The position numbers and the translations under genes are program-made. From Eledone cirrhosa (taxonomy: Eukaryota): a stretch of 64,000 nt of DNA. The notes under the pieces are model-generated. The model was not told where the DNA came from. It ran no database searches and worked only from the letters and a program-made list of their open reading frames with translations. The DNA lies in contig OZ024746.1 in assembly GCA_964016885.1 (NCBI GenBank), forward strand, positions 41,168,001-41,232,000, in the 5' to 3' direction. Each line of letters begins with the position of its first letter. Within the stretch, counting starts at the first letter, position 1. Positions 40,106 through 51,917 of the stretch are shown here, piece after piece.

Positions 40106-42916
40106 TCAAGGATCAATTTCCCCCTCGTCCTTCTGCATATGAAAGTTTGCTGTCCAGGTTGGTGGTTTACGACTTCTTTGCGATCTCCGCAGTGTTGGGA
40201 CAGGACTTTGGGTTTCCTCTTCCTCGGAGTCCGTTGACACAGTGATTCTACGGACATCCAGGACATGACGTGGTACTCCGTCCACGGACACATTGTTCTG
40301 GGAATTTACGGCCGTCACCGTTCCCCTTCCCCATTGAGATGTGCAACGTGCATCTGGGGGCTTAACCCAGACTTCTTCGCCCACCTGCACGAATGCACTC
40401 TCTCTCCCTACTGGCCGTTGTGGTGGCGTGCACGGGTGCCGCCACTCGTATCTGAATACTGCTCTGTGTGGCACCGATTCCTCGACCTGTCCCACCCGAG
40501 GGGACATGTTGTACCAGAACACTGCCTCCATTGGTGAGATATGGCCCCGCTCCGCCATTGCCTTGATCGTCCGGTGGTGTCGCTCCACAATTCCATTCCC
40601 GCTCGGCCTGTACGCTGCTCTGAACAAACGGTCCACCTTCCACCCATCGAGCATCTCCCTCGGCGCCTCCGAGCGGAACGCTGCGCTGTTGTCCATCAGC
40701 AGTTCGTCCACAGGGCCCCGCTCCAAGAACACCTCTCTCAACGTCCGCATGATTTCCTCGGCCGTTCCAGTTTTCATCTCCCTCCATATCGCCATCCGTC
40801 CTGGTCCACAGTCGACCATCGAGAGGTACGTTCCCTGTCGGTAGTGCGTTACATCCACCGCCAATCGCTTCCAGTCGCGATCCACCGGGAGGTTTCCCGT
40901 TTCGTGTACACCCGGGGCGGGATCAATGGACTGACATCGGACGCAGCCTCTAACCACCCTTTGAACACTGTCTGTTAACGTCCGAGTCGATTCTCCTGGC
41001 TAGGAACAGGCTCCTATCCACTCCCATGTGGTGCATGTCATGCAACCCTTTCAGATCCGACTCGGTCAGCCGACACACGGCAGCTATCTCCGGCGCTTCC
41101 ATCCAGGCTTTCTTCACCCTAGTTAAGATGTCCGCCCTATTTTTCTCTGAGGGCACGAAAACTACGCCCAGCCTCAGGTCGAACTCGGTGGCCAGCTCTC
41201 CTAAAGTTCCCAGGCGGCGCTTTATCAGCATCTCCGCCGCCCCTCTCGTTCGCACTCTCTTCTCACTGGTGAGCACTGATCTCACCCATCCGAGTACAGT
41301 AGCCGAGTCGGTGCGTATCTCGATGGTGCGCAGTCCCCACCTCAGGGCGAGGTTCACCCCTCTCAACACTGCGTCCAGTTCGGCCACATTGATGTGGTTG
41401 CAGTCGTCCTTCTTCCTAAGCTAGGCAGCATCCTCGACCTCAACACCTCCTATCTCCAACGTGACACCCAGCGCTATGCTGCTGGCATCGCACCATACGG
41501 TTCCACTCTGTGATTTGGGAACATACCAGCGTCCCCGCACTGGGTCGTCGGCCTTCACCCTCCCGACGATCTCCTGCATCATGGCCATCGTCCTCTCTCC
41601 CACTCTGTCACTCCTCCCGCTCCTCTCTTGACATAGCTGCATGCCGTCCGGAGCCACCCAGCAATCGGGTAGTGACCCACCAACTTTCCACACACCGAGA
41701 AAAGCTCCCGCCTACTCATACTTGGGCCCAATTCTGGAACTTCATTTCCCCTCTGGAATACCAAGACGCCCGTCCTGTCTCGCCGTAGCCTAAGTCCCAG
41801 CGCGGCTCCTCCCTCCAACGCTTCTGACGGCTTCGCAGCCAGTCCATACCCCTGTAAATGGCTCGTGACCTTCGCCGCCGACACCACAGACTCGTCCACT
41901 AGGATGTCGTCAATATAGGAGTTAGTGGCCCTCTTCATCTTGTCGGCCTTTCCCAGAATGGTCTTGAGGACCGCCGCCATGATCTTCGGTGTGGAGCTCA
42001 GCCCGAAACCGAGCCTGGTCAGGCAATATGTCCGGCCCTTATACCTGACCAGCTGATACTGCCAGAGCTTCTCATCTATATGCAATTGCAAGTATGCCGA
42101 CTTTAGATCTACGATTGCTGAACCCCCCGTCATGCGTCTCCACTCACGCAGGGTTTCCCCACAGACATCCGTGACCTCGCTACCCGTGTGGCATGTCACG
42201 TGCCCGTTCATCTCCCGAAAGTCCAGCACCGGCCTCACCTTGTTCTTCGTGGGTTGCGCCACCGCCATTAACGGCAATACTCCGCACTTCACCTCCTCTT
42301 TCCAGGGAAGCAGTATGCCCTCTTCAATCCATCTCTCTACCTCTCGCTCCTAATGTTTCCCTTCAATGTGTGTTGATAGCAGCCCACTTTGGTCTTCAGT
42401 GTTGGTGGTTCTCCCTTCCAGTACCACTCAACAACTCATCGCTGCCCATCGAACACGGCCTTGAAGTCTTTGTCTTGCACAGTGTAAGCGGGGTATTTCT
42501 CCTCGTGGGCCTTCTGGTTCTCCTATCGCGCATACCGATGCAGCGGCGCCAAACGACACACCGACGTTGTTCACTGTGACGCCTCCTAGACGGCCAATTG
42601 CGTCCATGCCCATAACCACGCTGATCCCATCCACCACGCTGTCTACTACGATGGCAGAAAGCCTTATTTTCCTTCCCCGTACCGCTATTTCCATCTCGCT
42701 GCGACCTCGGCATTCAATTTTCCTGCCGTCGACTGCCCTTACGTTGCTCTTCCCTCTCCACCTCTGCGCCACCCCCGCGGTCACCAGTGTCGTCGTACAG
42801 CCCGTGTCCACGAGGGCTCGCTGTGGCTTTCCCCTCACGAAGACTTCCACCACGGGCAGCACCTCTACTCGTAAGGGGCAACTACCGGCGCAGTAGTTCC
42901 CCTTTGATCGTTTCCC
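40106..42916 (-). pseudogene. pol: pol (protease, RT, RNase H, integrase), disrupted by stops and frameshifts
   Basis: PR: ALVDTG. RT: VRPVLDFR, VDLKSAYLQL, RLGFGL, SYIDDILV. RH: WCDAS, HINVAELDA, RTDS, NRADILTR. IN: HDMHHMG...CVRC, AVDVTH, LMDNS, NGIVERHHR. Confidence 0.93.
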
Positions 42917-43625
42917 TGGTCGCAATTAATAGCGATGTGGTCTGGTCGCTTACACCGGTAGCATATTATTTCTGGCCTTGACTCTCTGCAGTCTCTAGCC
43001 ATGTGCGGGCCCTGGCACCGAAAAAGCGACCTCTAAACGTTCGCGGGCGACCGCGTGCCGTGGTTGCCCCCCTTTCACCATTTCGCTGCCAGCTGTCTTG
43101 AGCCTCTGTAGTTGCTATCGCCGCAACACTCTTTTTGGCATCTTCTGCTATGATCCGGGCTTGTTCCACCAGTGAACGCATTTCCATTTCTTTGTAACCC
43201 GGCACTTGCTGCAGTTTCACCGCTATGTCGTCTGGAAATCCATTTATGAACGCCAACCGCACCGTGCGTTCGCATTCCACCTGATATCCAGCCAACAGAG
43301 CCAATCGCCGTATTTCCGCTGCGAAAATGTCAACTCGTTCACCGTTCCATCTAATTCTTGCCAGCTTAGCGAAAGCGGCTAACGGTCCCTCTGCGAATGC
43401 TTCTATCATGCGCCTCTCAATCTTTTGCGCATCTCTTTGGCTGTGTTCGTCCAACTCAAGGAAGAGTACCAACGCGTCCCCCTCGAGGTACAGTGCCATG
43501 AGGCCAGCCACATCTTCTAACTTCTGCAAGCTTGCGACCAGCCGGACTTTTCGCAGCCAAGCGACAACATCACCTTCCCCGGTAAATGCCCTGATAGCTT
43601 CGCTTGTTCGTAGTCTTGTCGCCAT
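42866..43625 (-). CDS. gag: gag (~250 aa; a 1-nt frameshift near 43025 precedes two zinc knuckles)
   Basis: MATRLRTSEAIRAFTGEGDVVAWL... After the slip it reads (C)FRCQGPHMARDC...CYRCKRPDHIAINC, ending at TAG. Confidence 0.88.
42910..42916 (-). promoter_or_regulatory. -1 ribosomal frameshift slippery site G GGA AAC (gag to pol)
   Basis: An XXXYYYZ heptamer just after the second knuckle. The -1 frame runs on into the protease. Confidence 0.75.
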
Positions 43626-43724
43626 CTTCTAATTTGTCTTGCGGTACGTGATAAAAAAAAACAACAGGCTCCTCTCTGTTTTTCCAGTAGCTTTTTTTTT
43701 TTCAATCAGATCTCAGTTTCCAGT

Positions 43725-43736
43725 GCCGAAATAGCT
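43725..43736 (-). promoter_or_regulatory. Non-canonical primer-binding site complementary to tRNA-Phe nt 1-12
   Basis: The plus strand reads GCCGAAATAGCT directly abutting the LTR. The same motif follows the LTR at 38391-38402. Confidence 0.75.
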
Positions 43737-45618
43737 TGTGGTTAGAAAAAGCTATCTCACTTACCGCTTTTCATAGGCGCCGCTAAATTCCACTGCTAGT
43801 CTCTCCCCTTCCACGTGCGTCCAACTGCTTAACACCGGGAGCTGCCAAAACTGGCGTCCACACCGTTGCTGGTCACCACTAGAGAGGACCATCTGCTGGC
43901 CCTTCCGGTCGAGCATCCTTCTGGCCAAGCACCCTTCCGGTCGAGCACTCCCCCGCTTCCGGCCACCGCACGCCACACCATACCCACACTTACGATGGAG
44001 CGTCGAATATGTCCGGCCATATTTCTGGGCTTCAGGCTAAAGTTAAAGAGGGATGCTCTTCGAAAGCTGTTTACGTCCATTGTTGCGCTCATAACCTGAA
44101 CCTGGTGTTAATCGATGCTAGCCAATCGTCAGTGGATGGTAAATTATTTTTTGGTATATTGGAGAGCCTGTATGTTTTCTTAACATCAAGCTTGCCAAGG
44201 CTGAAAATCCTCGAAGAAGAACAAGAAAAACTATTGACTTCAACGGTATTAACATTAAAAAGACTCTCAGATACGCGCTGGTTTAGTAACATTCAGGCTG
44301 TAGAGGCTACCATTAACAACTTACCGGCAGTAATAAGTGCACTAGAGAGGATAATAAGTGTGTAGTGGGGATGTTCACGACACTGCTCTGAAAATATTAG
44401 CCGAGGCCAGAGGTTTGCTACTAAATGTGAGCAAGTTTGAATTCATTTTCATGTTGAAGTTTTTTCAGAATTTACTTAAAAAGCTGCATTCTGTTTCACA
44501 ATATTTGCAGAAGGAGGCTATCGACTTATATTCTGCGGACGTCATGATTAAAAATGTAGTAAAAGAAATTGAAGACATCCGCTCAAATGAATATTTTGAC
44601 CGAACATTATCAGACGCTAAAAATCTCGCCGAGCAATGTCATGTTGAACCAGAGTTTACAACGGAAAAGAAAAAAAAAGCGTTTTCATGACGAAATTGCC
44701 AGTGACGAACCTCACGAGACGATGAGTCAGCATTTTAAACGGGACGTTTATTTCACTATCTTAGATAGAATCATTAGTAGCTTTAACGAACGTTTTGCCG
44801 ACTTGCACGATCTAGTGAAGGATTTTTCGTGCTTGATACCGGCGCACTTCGACGACGGCACATGCAATAGAGAGAGAATCGATAATCTTGTGAAATTCTA
44901 CGAGGGTGACATCGAAAATGACACTATCTTCGACGAGTATTTATCATTCAAAGATGTTTACAAGGAAGTGTGTTTAGATAAATCCATATCGAGTTCTGAG
45001 ATCGTTCCGTTTATGATTTCTAATGACTTAGATAGAGCCTATCCGAACGTGTTTGCCTTATACAAAATGTTCATAACTATTCCGGTTAGCTCGGCGCAGG
45101 CTGAGCGAACCTTCATCAGGCTCAAACTGGTAAAGAATTATTTGCGTAGTACCATGAGTGAAGAGCGGTTGAATGCTTTGGCAATGATGTACATAGAGCG
45201 AGAACTGGCTGAAAAAATTGACTTCAGCATCGTGATTGAAAAATGTTCTAAAGTAAAACATCGCAAATTAGAACTGTAGAACAAGTGATGTGCTCGAATG
45301 TGAAAGTAAAGTTTTAGATGGACGATTTGTTGTACATACGAATTTGTGTTGGTGAATAATCGATTGCAAAACTAGTTTTATTGGATGTTTTTTTTTTTCT
45401 GAAGATAGACCATCGTCTTCGCAGTTAATAAAGTTTTCACGGAACATGCTAACTCTGTAATCTATGATGCTGTCTACTCTATTATAAATTATTATCTATT
45501 CTATATGCGTGTATGAACATATTTCCTTGCAGCCGATGGAAATGAGCGTATGGAATTGGTGGGCCCCCTTTAGATCGAATTTGCACCCCCCTGGCTTTAA
45601 AAGATAGTTACGCCACTG

Positions 45619-46860
45619 CCTCTCAGTGTTATAGACACATCATCTGCTGTAATATCCTCCCATATATATCAAGTCTGTGATAGCTAGGTTAGCGTTTTTT
45701 ATAAAGGTTGCTACTTTATTATTAATTTTTCTCTTTGAAAGATTTACTCTTTGGTCCATAGAGGAATCGTCTATTGTTTGGAGGTAATCTTAAATTTCGT
45801 CTTTAGGGGTTATTTTCTCTTTATCTTTTTCTTCACATTTCTTTTCATTTGTATTTTTGGTTGTGTTGTCTGGAATCGGTTTTTTGTTGGTTAGCACTCT
45901 GTGTATCTTTTATGGTTTGCTCTGTTTTGTTGTTTACTTTATTTATTTGGGATATGTTAGTTTTTACTTCACGTTTTAAAGTCATTATATGTTTATGTCC
46001 GTTAATTATTACGTTATTATTATTTGTGTTTTCGTTATGAATTTGTTCTTTTAATTGTTCGATTTCAGTGTCTAATATTTTTTTTTGTTTTTAATATGTA
46101 TCTCCTTAAATACGCTAGTTTATTAGGGTCAAGGATTAACTCAGAATGTGGGTTGTTTTTCTGCCAGATTTTATGTGTGTAGTGTTTTCGTTTTTAGGGT
46201 ATAATGTTGCCGTAACGTACGCGTGTATTCCTCAGTTGTCCATTTGTGTCTTTTTGATTTTATTATTGGTAATTGAGGGTTAGAGTCCGCCCATTATTTA
46301 GATCGTTATCATTTTTGTCGGGTATCAGCTTTTGTGCTTTAGTGTTTGTACGTTTTTGTACGTATTGGTTATCGTACAATTTTTTCCTTAAGTTCAAAAA
46401 CGAACGTCTGTACATGTGTGATTGTTTTGTGTACATTTTTCGCTGTGTTTATAATACAGGCATTTGCAATACAATCAGTAAACTTTGTTACTCACGTGTA
46501 TCGATATATTGTTTGTTTTCATTTAAAACTTTCTGTGTGATGTTGCGGCTGATTTTAAACTTGTTTCATTTTACTCGCGTGGTCGCAATTTTAATAAAGA
46601 AAATTGTTATAAGGACGATCCTATTATAACATTTATTTTTGGTAGGCCTTGTTGGTTCTCGTCCTTTATGTTTCCCCTTCGTTTTCTTAGTATATTTATT
46701 ATTGTTTTGTCGATGGTGTCCGATTTAATTCTAATTTTGTGGGAAATTCGTTATAGGAATCAATGATGTTATTCAGCCTGGGCCTATTTTTATCATTATT
46801 TCTTTAAAAAGTATTTATATTTGTGTTTATCAACATTACATTTTTCTAAACTATGCACGA
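45619..46860 (-). mobile_element. R4/Dong-like LINE 5' portion, decayed
   Basis: Peptides KRHKWTTEEY...KIWQKNNP...LDPNKLAYLRRYILK...EIEQLK, MDQRVNLSK...TDLIYMG and EDITADDVSITLR. Confidence 0.6.
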
Positions 46861-46934
46861 ACATATACATAAATAATATGTTATCTATCTTATATACTGG
46901 ATACGGGATCTATCTATATACTATATACGGGATC

Positions 46935-47455
46935 ACCCCGCTGCCTTCATTTAAGAACGAAGGAGAGGCGGTTTTCCTCTGTCTGGTGGCTATGGCGAAA
47001 GAGGTAATATGGTGGACGAGGTTAAAAGGACTGAGGGCAAACACCTTTCTCTCGGGACAACAACTTATCCCCTTCTTTAAGTATCACTTCAGAAGGAAGG
47101 TGAGAGTGGAGAGAGAGGAGCTACACCCCAGTAAATTCGCTGAAAGGTGGGTGAATGTGGCAAAAATGGCCCGAGTGAATGGGCCTTCTCTGTATACAAA
47201 CCTGTAGGTTGAGGAAGATAATTAGAGGGAAGACAGGAACACCTACAAAACGTGTTAATGGTGTTGAGGGTTGTTCTATCGACAGGGTGTAAAACAACCC
47301 CGCAGTAACGTTCCCCCCTATTGGGGATTTCAATTGTTATTTTATTATATATAGTTTGTTATTTATTAATGTTAAAGTTATTTTTATGTAAAACTCCCGC
47401 CGTCACATCTTGTAATGTCCCATTTTTGTACGCCCCTGTGGCAAATAAAGAAAGA
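46935..47455 (+). mobile_element. Tx1/L1-type LINE 3' end
   Basis: LVAMAKEVIWWTRLK...FAERW C-terminus and a 3'UTR ending AATAAAGAAAG. ATCTATCTATATACT occurs on both sides. Confidence 0.7.
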
Positions 47456-47759
47456 TATCTATCTATATACTGATTGTATGTAAGTAACCGGACGAGAGAG
47501 AGAGAGAGAAGTCAAAGCGGCGGCTGGACTTAAGTCTGAGGCCTTATTGACAGCAAGATAGGGAGCGCGAAGAATAACAAGTCTAACCACACCGGGAGTA
47601 GGCGAAAATGGGAAGAGAATAGAAAAGTTCTGCCGCCGGTTTGAGTTATATATCTCTCTCTCTCTGCCGGTTACGTACATGCATGTGCTTCTCCTGGTCC
47701 CCGCCCCGCTTTATCGGTATGTTTTCTGCGCCTTTTTTCCCTTCTGTTTTATTTACCTC

Positions 47760-49340
47760 ACTCACGTCCCCTCTCTTAATTTCTCCTCTCTCACTAAACC
47801 AACAAATTTTCTCCCCCTCTCTATAATCCACTACATACCTTACTCTCACAATACACCCTCTCTCACTAAACCAACAAATTCTCTCTTGCTCTCTATACCC
47901 CACTACATACCTCACTCTCTTACAACCAAATTCTTTCCTCCTCTCTATATTCCACTATATAACTCACTCTCTAACACATTTTTTCCTGCTCTATATATCT
48001 CATACAGTACACTCTCTTTCACTAGATCACCAAATTCTCTCAACCTCTCTATATTCCACTACATACCTCACTCACTTAATTCCCCCTCTCTCACTAGGGC
48101 AACACATTCTCTCCCCCTCTCTATATTCCACTGCATACTTCATTCACTCTCACTCATTAAACCAACAAATTCTCTCTCCCCTCTATAACTCACTACATAC
48201 CTCACTCTTTCTCTCACAATTCCCCCTCTGTCACTAAACCAACAAACTCTCTCCCCACTCACTCTATACCACTACCTACCTCACTCTCTCACAATCACCC
48301 CTCTCTCATTAGATCACCAATCAATCTCCCCCTCTCTATATCCCACTACATACCTCACTCACGCTCATAATTCCCCCTCTCTCACTAAAACAACAAATTC
48401 TCTCCCACTCTCTATATCTCACTACATACACCACATTCTCTCACAGTTCCCCCTCTCTCAGTAGAGCAACAAATTATCTCCCCCTTCACTGTATTCCACT
48501 ACATACCCCACTCTCTCTCACTCTCTTAATTCCCCTCTCTCACTAGAGCAACAAATTCTCCCCCCTCTCTATATTCCACTACATACTTCATTCACTCTCA
48601 CTCATTAAACCAACAAATTCTCTCTCCCCTCTCTATACCTCACTCTTTCTCTCACAATTCCCCCTCTCTCACTTAACGAACAAACTCTCTCCCTCTCACT
48701 CTATACCATTACCTACCTCACTATCTCACAATTTCCCCTCTCTCATTAGATCACCAATCAATCTCCCCCCTCTCTATATCCTACTACATACCTCACTCTC
48801 TCTCACTCAGCCACTAAATTTTCTCCCTCACTCTATATCCCACTACATACCTCACTCTCGCTCATAATTCCCCCTCTCTCACAAGACAACCAAATTCTTT
48901 CCCCCTCTCTATATTCCAATACATACCTCACTCTATCTCACTCTCACAATAACTCCTCTCTCACTAGGCCAATAAACTCTATCCCTGTCTCTATAACCTA
49001 CTACATATCTTACATTCTCACGATTCACCCTCTCTCACTGGACCACCAAATTCTCTCCCCTCTCTATATTCCACTACATAACTCACTCTCTTAATTTCCC
49101 CCTCTCACTAAACCAACACATTCTCTCCCACTCTCTATATTTCACTACATACAACACATTCTCTCACAGTTCCCCCTCTCTCAGTAGAGCAACAAATTCT
49201 CTCCCCCTTCTCTGTATTCCACTACATACCTCATTCTCTCCCACTCTCACAATACCCTCTCACTAAACCTACAAATTCTCTCTCACTCTATATATCTCAC
49301 TACATACTTCACTTTCCCTCTCCATATCCCACTACAATAT
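47760..49340. repeat. ~70-bp pyrimidine-rich satellite, ~20 degenerate copies
   Basis: Recurring CCACTACATACCTCACTCTC...CCCTCTCTCACTAAACCAACAAATTCTCTCCCCCTCTCTATA. Confidence 0.9.
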
Positions 49341-51012
49341 TTTTTACTTTTAAACAAAAAATGTTTTCACCTTCTCTAAAGAGCAACATAGTTCTCCATC
49401 CCCTTCCCCACCTTTTGAACCCCTGGGGTGTGGGGGAGATCTTTTTTTTTGTGGTGTGTTTTTTGTTGAATTATTTGACAGGAGTTAAAAATATCTGGTG
49501 GTGGAGGGTCACGGGTCATGGGTGGTCTAGTTATTATTATTATGTCCCTTTACGGTCTGAGTTCAAATCCCGCTGAGGTTAACTTTGCCTTTCATCCTTA
49601 CGGGGTCGATAAAATAAAGTACCAGTAATGCACTGGGTAATTGCTGGCCTTGTGCCAAAAGTAGAAACAATTATTATTATTGTTTACATGAGGGATAATG
49701 CCATGCTGTCTTTACTGATGGTAAGTCTTTTAAATTTTGTTTCTACTTTGTAAACAATCATCACAAAATTTCAACACAACCAATTACATAAAGCTGTGTT
49801 CTATCTGCTGAAAAAGTATCTTTTTAGTAATGCTTGTGGAACAGGCATTTTAGCCCATTCCAAAGTGGAATTGTCTTACTATTTTTGCCAAAAATGTTAA
49901 AATGGTCAGTTTTCTCTCTGGCAGACTTGATGAATCAGCATTAAAAAAGAAAAACGAACCAAAAAAAAAAAAAAAAAATTATCTTCTGTTTTCCTTGTTG
50001 GTTTTTTGTTTTTGTTGTTGCAGTGCATATTTGAAAAGCTTAGTAAATCATTGTATAATAGATAAATGCACACCAATGAAATCAAATGAAAAAAAATGTA
50101 TTTGAATTGCTTTGGGGGATGAAATTAGAATCAAAAGTCAGAGGAGAATTAAGATTTGTAATATACAAATTGAACTAACAACATGAGGAGAAAATAAGTG
50201 AAAATAGCAGTTTGTGTGTGTGTGTATTATTGCTAAAATGGTGCTTCCATGATGTAATTGCATAATACACTGGTTATAGTAGAAAAGTTGAACTTGTTAC
50301 CATCTGGTCAAGGAAGACCATAAATCATCCATAATGTTTAAAAATAAAAATGTTAATAATGTGTCATATGATAATTTGTGTTATAAATCCTATTTTTCTT
50401 TGTGAAAAACGTCTTTTTTAGTACTTTAGTTTCATGTTGCTTTATATTGTGAGATATATTTATGACTATGGTCACATGATAGCTATGTTTACATAGTAAA
50501 CAGCAGTGAATAATGGCAAATATATTAAATATATTGTAATGGCAAATATATTAAATTCTGTAGAGAAAAGTATAGAATATATGTGGAATATCTGAAAACA
50601 ACACATACAATGTCAGGACATTATGTGATCTCATGCATGGTCACCAAAATGTAAGAAAATACTATAAAGCCATGGCTTTTATGAAAATATTGACACAGAA
50701 AATAAGTAGTATTTATATATTTGCTTTTTTTTTGTATCAGGAATATTTATTGCCCCCCCCCCCCCTCCCCATCATCATTATCATCATTGTTATCATCCTC
50801 CTCCCCATTTCATGTCCATTTTTCATGCTTGCATGGGTTGGGCAAGACTTTTCCAGCACACCCTCCCACCACTCATAGCAGTTCTTCATCATCTCTTCTG
50901 TGAACAGTTCTCATCATACATAATAATGATTTTATCTGTCTTTTGAATTTAATTCCTTTTTAAAAAAATTTCTTTTTATTGGATTTAAAACTAATGTACT
51001 TCAGCTAATATC

Positions 51013-51044
<32 letters not shown>

Positions 51045-51917
51045 TTTCCTCACTTAAATTTCTAAATTTCTATTTGAAGCTATATAACTCTATTTGCCTT
51101 AGATTATCTTACTGCTATGTTCCACTCCTACATCATAGCTAATCAGTTATTTGAAAGGGCATATGACTATAAAAACTATGTATAACTCAAACAATATGCA
51201 AATGTTTAGATTTCCAAATACCATTCCATTCATGCTAGCAGAAAAGAAAATACCCCAAAAACATGGATCACTTGGACTTGTGTATTTTAGTGCTATTTTT
51301 TTAAAAATTATTAATCCAAACTGTTGCAACATGTCTCCTTAAATACTGTTTAAGAGAACAAATATTTTTCTGTTGTTTTTTAATACTTTTTAATGATTAC
51401 TATTCAGGTATCAAATTGAACCTATAATCCCTAAATGGCATGACTGGATCTGTGATCCTTTGGTAGTTACTCACTGAAAAGCTATTAGGGTAATTTTGGT
51501 TTCATGCTAATGTCTTTCAATGAAAGAATTTAACAATGGATGAATGAACAAAGCTGACAGCATATAGAGCCTAGTTCTTCTCTTCTTTTAGAAGATACAA
51601 TGGTGTTGCTAAGTTGCAATGATATTTTGCCTTTAGCTATTCATTCTTAATATTATGCTTTTACTAGTATTAATAATGTAAATCAAGTTGCTGCCCTGAC
51701 ATAATGTATAAATGGAGGTCCTAGGTGAAACATGTTCAATTATTAAATTGAAATTTTTGAAATTTTAGGAATTGAGCATGAGGAATTTCAATGGTAAAAG
51801 TTACCAACAGTATAACTATGGTGTCAAAAAATGAAATAAAATAAATAACATGAAATAATATAAAATTATATACAATTTCGATTTATACCTAATATTATAT
51901 ATATATATATATATATA

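Larger units (their letters stand above)
39845..43988 (-). mobile_element. Full-length compact LTR retrotransposon (4,144 bp; gag, PR-RT-RH-IN order)
   Basis: ~250-bp LTRs at 39845-~40095 and 43737-43988, about 10 differences by eye. TG...CA outer ends, TSD CTTAC (39840-39844 and 43989-43993), and a G-run PPT at 40091-40101. Confidence 0.97.
38491..45279 (+). pseudogene. hAT transposase pseudogene (TTF zinc finger, DUF4371, DDE, dimerisation domain), split by the LTR element
   Basis: MLPKKIYKTGAAKRR; WLVYSPESNRLYCFCC; FLAKQGLAFRGH; YYSVIVDSTIDIS; GQAY|DGASNMSG; VHCCAHNLNL; LSDTRW; PVSSAQAERTFIRLKLVKNYLRSTMSEERL. Several frameshifts and stops. Confidence 0.93.
37311..45618 (+). mobile_element. 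hAT DNA transposon (ZMYM1/DUF4371-type transposase); left terminus missing or degenerate
   Basis: Right end TAGTTACGCCACTG (TIR CAGTGGCGTAACTA). The subterminal motifs GGTGGGCCCCCT and CCCCCCTGGCTTT occur at both ends. Confidence 0.8.

Noticed and set aside
40265-43632. Plus-strand ORFs within the LTR element
   Set aside because: These are antisense to GC-rich gag/pol and have no recognisable motifs.
43737-43988. Classical Tf1-type self-priming from the transcript 5' end
   Set aside because: I found no GCCGAAATAGCT copy in the LTR, only the partial U5 match reported as the hairpin finding.
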